From a virus (taxonomy: Duplodnaviria; Caudoviricetes): 62,189 nt of DNA. The notes below the pieces were generated by a model. That model did not search any database. It had not been told where the DNA came from and saw only the letters and a program-made list of their open reading frames with translations. The stretch is taken from IMG/VR virus record IMGVR_UViG_3300042547_000074, positions 1-62,189 of that record, one strand, 5' to 3'. Each line of letters starts with the position of its first letter. Positions within the stretch are counted from its first letter, which is position 1. Made by a program: the position numbers and the translations under genes. Below are positions 61,996-62,189 of the stretch, in pieces.

Positions 61996-62189
61996 TTACA
62001 GCGTCACGTGCAAGGTCTTGCCCGTAGGGGCTTCGGCCTTGGGGTTGTCGATGATTACCCACAACACAGGGGCTGGGTAGTTGCTGCCCCAGTTGTCGAA
62101 GACATAGCCGTCCGTCACCATGATGATGCAGTCGGGCTTGATCTTGTTGTCGTGCATGTACTTGGGCACACAGTCGGCGCTCGTGCCGC
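61996..62189 (-). CDS. C-terminal end of the VWA/metallopeptidase gene (second variant)
   Basis: ...GTSADCVPKYMHDNKIKPDCIIMVTDGY...LHVTL-stop. Confidence 0.8.
   Translation of the reverse strand, partial: GTSADCVPKYMHDNKIKPDCIIMVTDGYVFDNWGSNYPAPVLWVIIDNPKAEAPTGKTLHVTL
62005..62189. repeat. Terminal direct repeat, right copy
   Basis: 179 of 185 positions identical to nt 1-185. Confidence 0.95.

Noticed and set aside
1-62189. tRNA, rRNA, integrase or alternative genetic code
   Set aside because: No cloverleaf or rRNA-like segment was noticed in the few intergenic gaps, no recombinase motifs were seen, and genes are intact under the standard code with all three stops used.

Overview
The window looks like an essentially complete, circularly permuted ~62 kb genome of a tailed dsDNA phage. 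The last 185 nt repeat nt 1-185 imperfectly, and the gene cut at the left edge is completed at the right edge. The + strand (7086-46684) carries the virion arm: terminase, portal, GroES-like co-chaperonin, scaffold, Mu-gpT-like major capsid, a cluster of small basic proteins, adaptors, several tail-fibre/receptor-binding proteins, a lysis cassette, a tail hub and large ejection-type proteins. This fits a podovirus-like architecture, as no tail tube, sheath or tape measure is recognisable. The - strand (46770-62189 joined to 1-6435) carries early and replication genes: primase-helicase, SSB-like protein, SNF2 helicase, PD-(D/E)XK nucleases, family A DNA polymerase, VRR-NUC, glycosyltransferase, methyltransferase, a stand-alone RNA polymerase alpha-CTD homologue and a MoxR-AAA/VWA-metallopeptidase module. 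I found no integrase, tRNA, CRISPR array or reverse transcriptase. Promoter shape and the alpha-CTD sequence suggest an alphaproteobacterial host (inference). The best candidate for a new system is an sRNA regulon. At least 13 minus-strand genes, but none of the late genes inspected, share an extended ribosome-binding box (A)AGGAGCAAAC. A ~72-nt candidate sRNA where the two arms converge (46683-46755, minus) has its own putative promoter and terminator and displays the exact antisense of that box in a hairpin. Other highlights are a six-copy 24-bp palindrome in the early arm, a double-pseudoknot RNA after the capsid gene, an octamer-rich origin/terminus-like region, and virion-region proteins sharing [FYM]-A-x-G-G and R-x-x-G-x-A-x-K-G motifs. 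All functional calls come from motif recognition by eye; no database search was run.
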